From contig VAXZ01000115.1 in the NCBI GenBank assembly GCA_005885035.1, positions 1 through 38,762 on the forward strand: a stretch of DNA of 38,762 nt, given 5' to 3'. Of this stretch, positions 25,943 to 35,404 are shown in pieces. This stretch comes from Actinomycetota bacterium (GTDB lineage Bacteria; Actinomycetota; UBA4738; HRBIN12). Each line of letters starts with the position of its first letter. Position 1 is the stretch's first letter. Below the pieces are notes generated by a model. It was not told the DNA's origin, ran no database searches, and saw only the letters and a list, made by a program, of their open reading frames with translations. The position numbers were made by a program, and so were the translations under genes.

Positions 25943-27796
25943 TTAGGAGCGGGCGGACTTCCCGAGCATGTCGTCGAGCAGTGGCGGCCCACCGGCTTCG
26001 ATCAGCTCGAGCAGATGAGGGTTCTCCACGCCGACCGAGAGTACCCGGGCGGCTTCGGTCGCCGACTCGTCTCCCAAGTCTCGGCGGTAGAGGTATGCGC
26101 GCACGGATAGCTCCCGCATCCCCGACCTCCCTGAGATCGACGCGAGGTCGGTGACCCAACGAGCAGCCGTCGGGTGCTCGGCCGTGACGGCGACCGCACA
26201 AAGCGCGTCCATCACGTACGCGCGGAGCCACAGATGGGTGTCGCGTTGGCGGGCGCATCGCGTCAGTGCGTCGCCGATCGTCTTGACCGCGCCGGCGAGA
26301 TCACCTGAGGCGGCCTCGAGCAGCCCGAGCCCGCGGACGCCGTAGGCCTCCCAACAGGCGTCGTCCACCTGACAGCCGAGCGCGAAGGCGTGCTCGAACG
26401 CTTCCGTCGCGCGGCCGAGGTCACCGCCTCGGACCCAGACCTCGGCGAGGAGCGCCTCGGGGAATGCGGCGAACGTCGTCCACCGCTCTGCCGCGGTCAA
26501 CGCGATCGCGCGCTCCAGCGCCGCCTCGGCAGGCTCGAGCTCGTCCCGCAGGAGGTGCGTACGGCCGAGCATCGCCGTCGACCACGCCTCTTGCTTGGTC
26601 TGGTCAGTCTCGGCGGCGAGCTCGATCGATCGCCGCAACGCCTCCACCGCGAGGTCGTGCGCACCTGCGTCCGCGTATCGGGCTCCGCGCACGGCGTGGA
26701 TCTTGGACAGCTCGACCGGGTCGTCATCCGCAAGGTCCTCCGCCGTGCGGAACCAGGTTCCCGCGCGGACGTAGTCGCCGCGGAGGAGCTCGACGTAGCC
26801 GAGCTCTCGGTTCGCGGATGCGGCGACCGCGCGTTCGCCGCTCGCTTCTGCGGCCGTGATGCTCCGGTGGAGCGCGGCGGCTCCCTCCTCGTCCTTGCCC
26901 TTGGTCGCGTGGACCAGGGCGGCGCCGAGCGAGAGCAGGGCGGCGGCCTCGAGCGCTCGATCGCCGGACGCTCGGCTGCCGGCGACCGCGCTCCGGAGGC
27001 TGTCGACGCCCGCCTGGACCGCGCCGGCGCTCACGGCGGCCTCGCCGGACTCGAGGAGTGCCCGTAACGCCGCTAGCCTTCCGCCCGCGTCCGTGCGCGC
27101 GGCCGGGGCATCCATCCGCGCGGCCTCCGCGAGCTCGGGTCCGGGCTCGACCCCAAGCTCCCGCCGGAAGAGATCGATGGAGGCCGCGAGCTGGCGCTCC
27201 ACCGCGATCGTGTCGCCGCTGCCGGCGAAGGCGCGGATCAGAAGAGCGTGCGCGTCCTCGTCGAGGGGAGCCGCGGCCACCAGACGGGTGGCCAGGTCGA
27301 CCGCCGTCCGAGCGTTCCCCGACGCGAGCGCCCGCAACGCGCCTTCTCTGAGCACGGCCTCACCGAGCCCCGCGAGCCGGCGACGCTCGCCGAGGAGCCA
27401 TGCAGCGAACCCGGGGCTGGCCTCGATCTCGACGCCCTCGAGCAGCTCCCTGCCGAGACCGGGAAGTTCGACGGCCTCGAACGACGTCCCCGCCATCAGC
27501 ACCTGGACGTCAAGAAACGACCCCTCCGGGAGTCGAAGCCGCACGACGCTCCCGCTCCCGACCGTGTCCGGGCCGCCCAAGAGCCTTCGGAGTTCGGAGA
27601 GGTTCCAGCGCAGAGCGCCCGCGGGGTCCTCGGCGTCCGGGAACAGGAAGTCGATCAGCTGCTGCCTGGTCGGCGCCCGGTCGGAGAGCGCCAGATACGC
27701 GAGCAGCGCCCACGCCTTCCTGCCCTTGGGCGCCGCGTAGACCGTTCCGTCACGGACCACCACGGGTGCGCCGAGCAGGTAGGCGGCGACCGACAT
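25943..27796 (-). CDS. SARP-like regulator (wHTH + BTAD + TPR-like helical repeats)
   Basis: KAWALLAYL, ALRWNLSELRR, FAAWLLGERRRL, PLDEDAH, ELGVEPG. Confidence 0.82.
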   Translation of the reverse strand: MSVAAYLLGAPVVVRDGTVYAAPKGRKAWALLAYLALSDRAPTRQQLIDFLFPDAEDPAGALRWNLSELRRLLGGPDTVGSGSVVRLRLPEGSFLDVQVLMAGTSFEAVELPGLGRELLEGVEIEASPGFAAWLLGERRRLAGLGEAVLREGALRALASGNARTAVDLATRLVAAAPLDEDAHALLIRAFAGSGDTIAVERQLAASIDLFRRELGVEPGPELAEAARMDAPAARTDAGGRLAALRALLESGEAAVSAGAVQAGVDSLRSAVAGSRASGDRALEAAALLSLGAALVHATKGKDEEGAAALHRSITAAEASGERAVAASANRELGYVELLRGDYVRAGTWFRTAEDLADDDPVELSKIHAVRGARYADAGAHDLAVEALRRSIELAAETDQTKQEAWSTAMLGRTHLLRDELEPAEAALERAIALTAAERWTTFAAFPEALLAEVWVRGGDLGRATEAFEHAFALGCQVDDACWEAYGVRGLGLLEAASGDLAGAVKTIGDALTRCARQRDTHLWLRAYVMDALCAVAVTAEHPTAARWVTDLASISGRSGMRELSVRAYLYRRDLGDESATEAARVLSVGVENPHLLELIEAGGPPLLDDMLGKSARS

Positions 27797-27870
27797 GCGG
27801 AAACCTTCTCACTCCCGCTCACACGGTGCGGGGCTAGCGTCCGCCCAGCCGACCGAGGAGGACCGCCAAC

Positions 27871-29241
27871 ATGCCGACCACAACGCTCGACGAGCTCCGC
27901 ACGCAGGTGCGCGGCGATGTGATCGCAACCGACGACGAGGCGTACGAGGAGGCGCGGCACGTCTACAACGCGATGATCGACCGGAGGCCGGCGATGATCG
28001 TCCGGGCCGCGAACGTCGGCGACGTCATCGCTGCCGTGAACCTTGCACGCGAGAGCGGGCTCGACCTCGCCGTCCGCGGGGGAGGGCACAGCGTTCCGGG
28101 CTTCGGCACGTGTGACGGCGGCGTCGTGATCGACCTGTCCCGGATGCGCGGCATCCGGGTGGATCCCGCATCCGCGACGGCTCGCGCCGAGGGCGGGGCG
28201 ACGTGGGGGGACTTCAACGCCGCGACGTATCCGTTCGGATTGGCGACGACCGGAGGGATCATCTCGACGACGGGCGTCGCGGGCCTGACGCTCGGGGGAG
28301 GCATCGGCTACCTGGCACGTGGGTTCGGCCTCTCGTGCGACAACCTCATCTCGGCCGACGTCGTGACGGCCGACGGGCGGTTCCTGGTCGCCAGCGAGCG
28401 CGAGAACGACGATCTCTTCTGGGCGTTGCGAGGCGGGGGTGGGAACTTCGGCGTGGTGACCTCGCTCGAGTTCCAGTTGCATCCGGTGAAGGACATCTAC
28501 GGAGGGCCGATGTTCTTCGAGCTGAGCGAGGTGGAGAACGTCCTGCGCTTCTTCCGCGAGCACATCGCCGACGCGCCCGAGCAGCTCGGCGCGTTCCCCG
28601 CCTTCCAGATCGCGCCGCCGCTCCCCTTCATCCCGGAGGACCGCCACGGCGACACCTTCATCGCGATGGTCGCGTGTTGGGCGGGTCCGCTCGAGGAGGG
28701 CGAAAGGGCGCTGAAGCCCTTCCACGACGTGGCTCCCGTCGTCGCGGAGTTCGTCGGGCCCATGCCGTACCCGGCCCTGAACAGCGCGTTCGATGGTCTG
28801 GTGCCTCCTGGTCTCCAGCACTACTGGAAGGCGAACTTCGTCGAGCAGCTGACGGACGAGGCGATCGCCGCGCACGCGGTGCACGGACCGGAGGTGCCGG
28901 CAGTGAACTCGACCGTGCACATCTATCCGATCAACGGAGCCGCGCACCGCGTGGCGCCCGACGCGACGGCGTTCGCCTACCGGAACGCGAACTTCGCCAC
29001 CGTCATCGCTGGCATGTGGCCCGACGCGAGCCAGAACGAGGCCAACATCGCCTGGGTCCGCAACTACTACGAGGCCACGGCGCCCCACTCGGAGGCGGGC
29101 GGCTACATCAACTTCATGAGCGGCGACGACCAGGACCGGATCAAGGCCAACTACAGGGGGAACTACGACCGGTTGGTGGACGTCAAGCGCCGCTACGACC
29201 CGGGCAACCTGTTCCACCTGAACCAGAACATCAAGCCCTGA
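27871..29241 (+). CDS. FAD-linked oxidase, VAO/PCMH family with BBE domain
   Basis: RGGGHS, GLTLGGGIG, WALRGGGGNFGVVT, GYINF, KRRYDPGNLF; GAGGAGG RBS. Confidence 0.92.
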   Translation: MPTTTLDELRTQVRGDVIATDDEAYEEARHVYNAMIDRRPAMIVRAANVGDVIAAVNLARESGLDLAVRGGGHSVPGFGTCDGGVVIDLSRMRGIRVDPASATARAEGGATWGDFNAATYPFGLATTGGIISTTGVAGLTLGGGIGYLARGFGLSCDNLISADVVTADGRFLVASERENDDLFWALRGGGGNFGVVTSLEFQLHPVKDIYGGPMFFELSEVENVLRFFREHIADAPEQLGAFPAFQIAPPLPFIPEDRHGDTFIAMVACWAGPLEEGERALKPFHDVAPVVAEFVGPMPYPALNSAFDGLVPPGLQHYWKANFVEQLTDEAIAAHAVHGPEVPAVNSTVHIYPINGAAHRVAPDATAFAYRNANFATVIAGMWPDASQNEANIAWVRNYYEATAPHSEAGGYINFMSGDDQDRIKANYRGNYDRLVDVKRRYDPGNLFHLNQNIKP

Positions 29242-29373
29242 ACCGGCATCCGCCCGAACGCCCCGAGCGCCCGACGCGATCCCTCCCGCCCGCGGGGGTC
29301 CCCCGTTCGCCCTGTTGAGGGGGCACCGACCGCCACCGATACGCACCACAGGAAGCGAGAGGAGCCCCCCGAA

Positions 29374-30264
29374 GTGCGGTTCGATCGCGACAAGGTTCCG
29401 GACGGCGACCGGCTGCGCCGAGAAGCGCGCGTGGCCGGGCTCCGCGAGTTCCGCACGCCGTCGCTCGAGGCGGTCGAACGTCGCCGCAAGCAGCTCTGGC
29501 TCGTGACGACGATCGTGATCGCTTCGGTCGCGGCCGGCGTCATGGTCGTGACGCGGCCGGCCGGTTCGTCGCCCCAGATGCTCTCGGAGCCCCTGCTCCG
29601 TCTGTCGGTGATCGTGCTCGCCGCCGCGTGTTGCGCGTACGCGATCGAGAAGGAGGTCCATCTCGGGCGCGCCACTCGGATGCTGACGGATGAGCGCGTC
29701 CTGACCGCGGCGCTCACGAACCGGCTGCATGAGGTCTCCCTGCTGCTCGATGCCGGGCGCGCCATGAACCAGCTCCTCGAGCTGCCCGAGCTGTTGGAGA
29801 CCGTCCTTCGCAGCGCGTGCGAGCTGCTCGATGCGAACGGCGGCTCGATGATGCTGGTGGAGGCCGACGAGCTCGTGACGCTCTGCGTGCGGGGCCGCGA
29901 AGAGGCGGTCGGCGCTCGGCTGCGGCTCGGCGAAGGTGTGGCCGGCCATGTGGCGCTCCGTCGCGAGCCAGTGCTGATCGAAGGCCACGTCGATCCGAAG
30001 GAGTTCCCCGGGCTCGCCGACCGGGAGCCGTACGTCGAGAGCGCGATGTCGCTGCCGCTCGTGCACCGCGACGAGGTGGTCGGCGTCCTCAACGTCAACG
30101 CGGCCGCGGACTACGCCTTCACCGAATACGACCTGCGCGCGGTCGCCGTGTTCGCCGAACAGGCGGCCGCCGCGATCGCCAACGCCCGCCTCTACGAAGC
30201 GGAGCGTGCCCACGTCGCGGAGCTGATCGAGCTGCGCCACCGGCAGCTGGGAGAGGCCGGATGA
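29374..30264 (+). CDS. Two-TM GAF domain sensor lacking kinase module
   Basis: Two TM helices, GEGVAGHVA, LPLVHRDEVVGVLNV, AIANARLY; ends shortly after the GAF domain. Confidence 0.78.
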   Translation: MRFDRDKVPDGDRLRREARVAGLREFRTPSLEAVERRRKQLWLVTTIVIASVAAGVMVVTRPAGSSPQMLSEPLLRLSVIVLAAACCAYAIEKEVHLGRATRMLTDERVLTAALTNRLHEVSLLLDAGRAMNQLLELPELLETVLRSACELLDANGGSMMLVEADELVTLCVRGREEAVGARLRLGEGVAGHVALRREPVLIEGHVDPKEFPGLADREPYVESAMSLPLVHRDEVVGVLNVNAAADYAFTEYDLRAVAVFAEQAAAAIANARLYEAERAHVAELIELRHRQLGEAG

Positions 30265-30698
30265 TGGCGCCGACGCTGAAGCCGCGCGTGCTGATCGTGG
30301 AAGACGACCCGGATCTCCTGGTCGTCCTTCGTGTGAACCTGACGGCGATGGGCGTCGAGCCGATCCTGGCGGGCGACGGGCGGACCGCGATCTCACGGAT
30401 CCAGTCCGAGCGCCCCGACGCCGTGATCCTCGACGTGATGCTTCCGGGGATCGACGGCTGGTCGGTGCTCGAAGACCTCCACGCGATGGGAGATCCGGTG
30501 CCGATCGTAGTGTGCTCCGCGAAGAAGGACGCCCAGGACATGGAGCGTGCGCGACAGCTGGGCGCGACGGGCTACATCGTGAAACCGTTCGACATCGACC
30601 GGTTGATCGACGCGGTGCTGGAGGCGACCGGACGGAGCCGCACGGTGGAACCCGGACGCGCGACCGAGCTCGGCATCGAACGGCCCGAGCTCGCCTGA
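30261..30698 (+). CDS. Single-domain response regulator (receiver)
   Basis: LIVEDD, ILDVMLPGIDG, CSA, YIVKPF; ATGA overlap with sensor. Confidence 0.9.
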   Translation: MMAPTLKPRVLIVEDDPDLLVVLRVNLTAMGVEPILAGDGRTAISRIQSERPDAVILDVMLPGIDGWSVLEDLHAMGDPVPIVVCSAKKDAQDMERARQLGATGYIVKPFDIDRLIDAVLEATGRSRTVEPGRATELGIERPELA

Positions 30699-30735
30699 CC
30701 GGCGTGCCGCGGCTCCCCCGTATCCTGGGGAGCCC

Positions 30736-31773
30736 GTGGCCCTTTCCGCCGAACGATTGCTCTGCGCACTGCGTCGAGAACCTGTCGACCGCACGCCGAT
30801 CTGGTTCATGCGCCAGGCCGGCCGCTACCTCCCCGAGTACCGCGACCTCCGGGGTGATCGCGACATCCTCGAGACGATCCGGATCCCAGACGAGGCCGTC
30901 GAGATCACGCTGCAGCCCCTCCGGCGGATGCCGCTCGACGCTGCGATCCTGTTCAGCGACATCGTGGTGCCGCTCGTCGCGATCGGGATCGCCTTTCGGA
31001 TCGAGGCCGGTCTCGGACCGGTGTTGGACGAGCCGTTCCGATCCCGGGCCGACATCGCGAGGCTCCGTGCGCTGGAGCCCGAGGCCGACGAGCCGTACAC
31101 GCTCGAGGCCGTCCGCGCCCTCGCGGGGGAGCTCCACGTGCCGTTGGTCGGCTTCGCGGGGGCGCCCTTCACCCTCGCGAGCTATCTGGTCGAAGGGGGC
31201 CCGAGCCGGGATCACGCCCGGACGAAGGCGCTGATGTTCGCCGATCCGCCCACGTGGGACGCCCTGATGGGGGCGCTCGTCGACGTGATCGTGCCCCATC
31301 TCCGGGCGCAGGTGGGGGCGGGCGCGAGCGCCCTGCAGGTCTTCGATCCGTGGGTCGGGGCGCTCGCGCCCGCTCCCTACCGCTCCGGCGTCCTGCCGTA
31401 CATGCGCCGATTGTTCGACGAGATCGCCGATCTTCCGGTCCAGGTGATCCATTTCGGTGTGGGAACGTCCGAGCTGCTCGAGCTGATGCGCGATGCCGGC
31501 GGCGACGCGATCGGGATCGATCACCGGATACCGCTGGACCGCGCCTGGGAGCGGCTCGGGCCCTCGATCGCGATCCAAGGCAACCTCGATCCCGCGGTGC
31601 TGTTGGCGCCGTGGGACGTGGTGGAACGCGAGGCGATCGACGTCCTCGAACGCGCCGGTGGTCGCCCGGGCCACGTCTTCAACCTCGGACACGGGGTCCT
31701 GCCGGACACGCCGGTCGAGTCGCTGCAGCGGCTGGTCGACCTCGTGCACGCGCGGACCGAACACGATGGGTGA
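30736..31773 (+). CDS. hemE: Uroporphyrinogen decarboxylase
   Basis: WFMRQAGRYLPEY, AILFSDI, GFAGAPFTLASY, FNLGHG. Confidence 0.96.
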   Translation: MALSAERLLCALRREPVDRTPIWFMRQAGRYLPEYRDLRGDRDILETIRIPDEAVEITLQPLRRMPLDAAILFSDIVVPLVAIGIAFRIEAGLGPVLDEPFRSRADIARLRALEPEADEPYTLEAVRALAGELHVPLVGFAGAPFTLASYLVEGGPSRDHARTKALMFADPPTWDALMGALVDVIVPHLRAQVGAGASALQVFDPWVGALAPAPYRSGVLPYMRRLFDEIADLPVQVIHFGVGTSELLELMRDAGGDAIGIDHRIPLDRAWERLGPSIAIQGNLDPAVLLAPWDVVEREAIDVLERAGGRPGHVFNLGHGVLPDTPVESLQRLVDLVHARTEHDG

Positions 31774-33160
31774 CGCGCCGACCCGCGTCGCCGTCGTCGG
31801 CGCCGGCGTCACCGGTCTGACGGTCGTCTTCCGGCTGCAGGTGGCGGACCCGTCGATCGATGTCGTCGTGCTGGAGGCGTCGCAGCGTCCCGGCGGGACG
31901 CTGCGAACGGTGGAGGTGGCCGGCATCCCGTTGGATGCCGGCCCCGATTCGTTCCTCGGGCGGAAGCCCTGGGCGACGGAGCTCTGCCACGAGCTCGGGC
32001 TCGAGACGACGAGACCGGCCGCGACCGGCACGTGGCTGTGGACGCATACCGGGCTCGTTCCCTATCCGGTGGGCACGGCGTTCGGGATCCCGGGCGACCT
32101 CGGCGACCTCTTCCACTGGAGTGGCCTCTCCGGTCGCGGCCGTCGTCGCGCGCTCCGCGACCTGGTGATCCGGAAGCGACGCGAGGACGGGGACGAGACG
32201 CTCGGCGGGCTCCTTCGCCGACGGCTCGGGGATGAGGCCACCGACAGGGCGCTGGCTCCGATCCTCTCGGGGTTGTTCGGCGGCGACGTCGACACGCTGT
32301 CGGCCGACGCGACGTTCCCAGAGCTCCACCGGTGGGAACGGGCGCAGGGCTCGCTGATCCGGGGGGCGCAGGCCGCCCTTCGCGACGCGAAGGGCGGCGG
32401 GCCTCGGCCTCCCATGTTCGTGCGGCCCCGGGACGGGGCCGCACGACTCACCGACGAGCTCGCCGGACGAGCGGATGATCGCCTGCGCCTCGGCTCGCGC
32501 GTGGAAGCGATCGCGCGCGAGGACGACCGCTGGGTCCTCCGCACCGCATCCGGTTCCGTCCATGCGGATGCGGTCGTGTTGGCGGTCGGTCCCGCAACGA
32601 CGCGGCGGTTGCTCGAGCCGGTCGCTCGCGACGTGTCCGCCGATCTGGCCGAGATCCCCGTCGTGTCCGTCGGCGTCGTGCTGCTCGTCTACCGGGAGGG
32701 GAGCGCCGAGCAGCTCCCCGGCGGCACCGGCTTCGTCGTCCCGCGTGGCGAAGCCCCGATGGCCGCGTGCGGGCTCGTCTCGGAGACGTGGCCGGAACCG
32801 GCGTTCGGATCGCGTGCCGTCGTTCGATGCACGGTCGGCGGTGCCGGTGAGGAGGACATGCTCGATGCGGACGATGCTGACATCGTCCGCGCGTGCACCA
32901 GCCACCTCGCCGCCCTCCTCCCGTTACCGCAGGAGGCCGACGCCGCCGTCGTGGTCCGCTGGCCCGGCGCGGTGCCGCGCTACCTCCTCGGACACCTCGA
33001 GCGGGTCGCTCGCATCCGCGAACATCTGCCGCCGGGTATCTTCGTGACCGGACAGGCCTACGACGGGATCGACGTCGCCGGATGCGTCCGCGGCGCCACC
33101 GAGGCCGCCGAGGCCGCCCGGCACTTCGTCGATGCGACGCGCAAGGAGCGGACGGCATGA
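31766..33160 (+). CDS. hemG: Coproporphyrinogen/protoporphyrinogen oxidase (HemY/CgoX)
   Basis: VVGAGVTGL FAD motif, DAGPDSFL, PRYLLGH; start ATG 31766; synteny. Confidence 0.9.
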   Translation: MGDAPTRVAVVGAGVTGLTVVFRLQVADPSIDVVVLEASQRPGGTLRTVEVAGIPLDAGPDSFLGRKPWATELCHELGLETTRPAATGTWLWTHTGLVPYPVGTAFGIPGDLGDLFHWSGLSGRGRRRALRDLVIRKRREDGDETLGGLLRRRLGDEATDRALAPILSGLFGGDVDTLSADATFPELHRWERAQGSLIRGAQAALRDAKGGGPRPPMFVRPRDGAARLTDELAGRADDRLRLGSRVEAIAREDDRWVLRTASGSVHADAVVLAVGPATTRRLLEPVARDVSADLAEIPVVSVGVVLLVYREGSAEQLPGGTGFVVPRGEAPMAACGLVSETWPEPAFGSRAVVRCTVGGAGEEDMLDADDADIVRACTSHLAALLPLPQEADAAVVVRWPGAVPRYLLGHLERVARIREHLPPGIFVTGQAYDGIDVAGCVRGATEAAEAARHFVDATRKERTA

Positions 33161-33834
33161 CCGAGACGATCTACACGCTCTATCCGGTCTTCGCTGCGAC
33201 ACGGGAGCTGCGGGATCGGTTCGCCGACGAGAAGGACCGCGCCCGCGCGGTGAGCGAGCTCGAGGAGCTCTTCAAGCGTTGGGGGGACGACGTCCGGGTG
33301 CGTGGCACCTATTCGACCGTGGGGTTCCGATCCGACGCCAACCTGATGCTCTGGCTGTCGGCCGGCTCCGCCGAGGAGCTTCAGCGTGCCGTCGTCGAGT
33401 TCCGCCGGACCGAGCTGGGTGACGGGTTGACGCTCGCGTGGACGTTCATGGGGGTCGTCAAGCCTGCCGAGTTCGCCCCCGATCACCGACCCGCGTTCGT
33501 CAAGGGGGATCCTCCGCAGACGTACCTGTGCGTGTACCCCTTCGTACGCACGCCTGAGTGGTACCTCCTTCCGAAGGAGGAGCGGGCCGCCCTGCTCCGG
33601 GACCACGGGGCGGCGGGCCGCGAGTTCCCCGAGGTGCTCGGGAACACGACGAACGCCTTCGGGCTGGGCGACTGGGAGTGGATCTTGGCCTTCGAGTCCC
33701 CCACGCTCGACTCGATCGTGGAGGTGATCCGCCGGCTGCGGGAGACGGAAGCTCGGCGTTACGTGAAGGTGGAGGTCCCCTTCATCACCGGGATCCGCAA
33801 GTCCGTCGCGGACGTCATCGACGACCTGGTCTGA
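33157..33834 (+). CDS. hemQ: Coproheme decarboxylase (ChdC)
   Basis: PAEFAPDH, VYPFVRTPEWY, RDHG, FGLGDWEW; ATGA overlap. Confidence 0.92.
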   Translation: MTETIYTLYPVFAATRELRDRFADEKDRARAVSELEELFKRWGDDVRVRGTYSTVGFRSDANLMLWLSAGSAEELQRAVVEFRRTELGDGLTLAWTFMGVVKPAEFAPDHRPAFVKGDPPQTYLCVYPFVRTPEWYLLPKEERAALLRDHGAAGREFPEVLGNTTNAFGLGDWEWILAFESPTLDSIVEVIRRLRETEARRYVKVEVPFITGIRKSVADVIDDLV

Positions 33835-33838
33835 GCGC

Positions 33839-34636
33839 TTAGCGCAGCAGCGAGGCGGTGTGATCGGGCACGTACCTGTACAGGTCCTTCGGAGGGCGGA
33901 GGTAGCCGTCGTCGGACTGCCGCGGCGGCAGCTCGATCTTGGGTTCCGGTTTCGGCTCCCACGGGATCCGTGAGAGGAGATGCGCGATGCAGTTGAGTCG
34001 CGCGCGCTTCTTGTCGTCGGCTTCCACGACGAACCATGGCGCCTCGGGGATGTCGGTGTGGACGAACATCTCGTCCTTCGCGCGTGAGTAGTCGACCCAC
34101 CGCGAGCGCGCGTAGAGATCGGTGTCGGAGAGCTTCCACCTCCGCACCGGATCGTCCACGCGCTTGCGGAACCGGCGCTCCTGCTCTTCGTCCGACACGG
34201 AGAACCAGTACTTGATCAGGACGATGCCGTCCTCCACGAGGAGCCGCTCGAAGATCGGGCATTGCCGGAGGAACCGCTGGTACTGCTGCGGGGTGCAGAA
34301 CCCGAGCACGTGCTCGATGCCGGCGCGGTTGTACCAGGACCGGTCGAAGAGGACGGTCTCGCCGCCGGTGGGCAGGTTGGCGATGTAGCGCTGGAAGTAC
34401 CACTCGCCCTGCTCGCGTTCGGTCGGCTTCGGTAGCGCAACGTGCTTCGTGATCCGGGGGTTCAGGTGCTCCGTGATCCTCTTGATCACGCCTCCCTTGC
34501 CGGCGGCGTCCCTTCCCTCGAACACGACGGCGACCCGCGCCTTCGTGTCGTAGATCCACTCCTCCATCTTCACGAGCTCTTCTTGGAGTCGTGCCAGCTC
34601 GCGTTCGTAGATCTTGTTCGGGATCTTCTCGACCAT
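33839..34636 (-). CDS. ppk2: Polyphosphate kinase 2
   Basis: FEGRDAAGKGG, FDRSWYNRAG, WKLS. Confidence 0.95.
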   Translation of the reverse strand: MVEKIPNKIYERELARLQEELVKMEEWIYDTKARVAVVFEGRDAAGKGGVIKRITEHLNPRITKHVALPKPTEREQGEWYFQRYIANLPTGGETVLFDRSWYNRAGIEHVLGFCTPQQYQRFLRQCPIFERLLVEDGIVLIKYWFSVSDEEQERRFRKRVDDPVRRWKLSDTDLYARSRWVDYSRAKDEMFVHTDIPEAPWFVVEADDKKRARLNCIAHLLSRIPWEPKPEPKIELPPRQSDDGYLRPPKDLYRYVPDHTASLLR

Positions 34637-34647
34637 GGCAAGCGAGT

Positions 34648-35346
34648 CTACGCGTGAGAAGGGGGACGCTCTTCTCGGCCTTCGCTAGCCGATCCGAGCA
34701 GTGCCGCGAGATCCGTGATCACACGGTGACCGTTCGTCGATGGGGCGAACCCCTCCGGCGGATGCGCGTCGGGTCGGATGATCAAGCGCGTGTCGATCCC
34801 CAGCGCACGGGCGCCGTCGCAGTAGTCGGCCTGGTCGTCGACGAAGATCGCGTCCGCGGCCTGGCTCCCGACCGCATCGAGCGCGGCCCGATAGATCGCG
34901 GGCTGCGGCTTGCGGGCCCCCACCTCGAACGACAGGATCAGCGCGTCGAACTCCCGCTCCAGGTCGAGCCGGGCGACGACCGGTCGCGTGTTGTTCGAGC
35001 AGTTGCTCACGAGCACCGTTCGCACCCCCTCCGCTCGGAGCGCCCGAACGGTCGGGATCGAGTCCTCGAACAGACGGATACCGGTCGTCATGAACTCGCG
35101 CTCGATCCGGACCAGCTCCCGGATCTGTTCCGCATCGTGGGTGAGGCCGGCGGCCTCCAGCACGGCTCGCGTGTCCTCCTCTTCCGTCGCGAACGCCCCG
35201 ACGCTCCGGTCCGGCCGCGTCTGGTCGAACGCGCGCCCGAGCGTCGTCGGATCCATGTCCACGTGGCTGGCCAGCAGATCCCGCCACAGGTGCCAATCGC
35301 TCGCGACGAGCGTGTCGTAGAGATCGATCAGGACGGCGCGGGGCAT
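34648..35346 (-). CDS. HAD-like hydrolase
   Basis: LIDLYDTL, VSN, KP, FVDD; start re-placed at ATG 35346. Confidence 0.87.
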   Translation of the reverse strand: MPRAVLIDLYDTLVASDWHLWRDLLASHVDMDPTTLGRAFDQTRPDRSVGAFATEEEDTRAVLEAAGLTHDAEQIRELVRIEREFMTTGIRLFEDSIPTVRALRAEGVRTVLVSNCSNNTRPVVARLDLEREFDALILSFEVGARKPQPAIYRAALDAVGSQAADAIFVDDQADYCDGARALGIDTRLIIRPDAHPPEGFAPSTNGHRVITDLAALLGSASEGREERPPSHA

Positions 35347-35404
35347 GCAGCAAGGATAGGGGCGTCCGCGGGGCCCCCGTTCCGCCCTTCGTAGACTCGG
35401 CCCG

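Noticed and set aside
29245-29300. Short CGCCCGA-like repeats after the FAD oxidase
   Set aside because: Degenerate, irregularly spaced GC-rich sequence; not CRISPR or REP-like
27655-32031. 1458-aa minus-strand ORF and other long antisense ORFs (e.g. 1845-3221, 3344-4690, 14137-15618, 22098-23675)
   Set aside because: Shadow frames of well-supported genes in high-GC DNA; Arg/Pro/Gly-rich with no motifs
30736-33834. Absence of ferrochelatase from the heme operon as another deletion
   Set aside because: hemE-hemY-hemQ without hemH is a normal actinobacterial arrangement, and all three genes look full length
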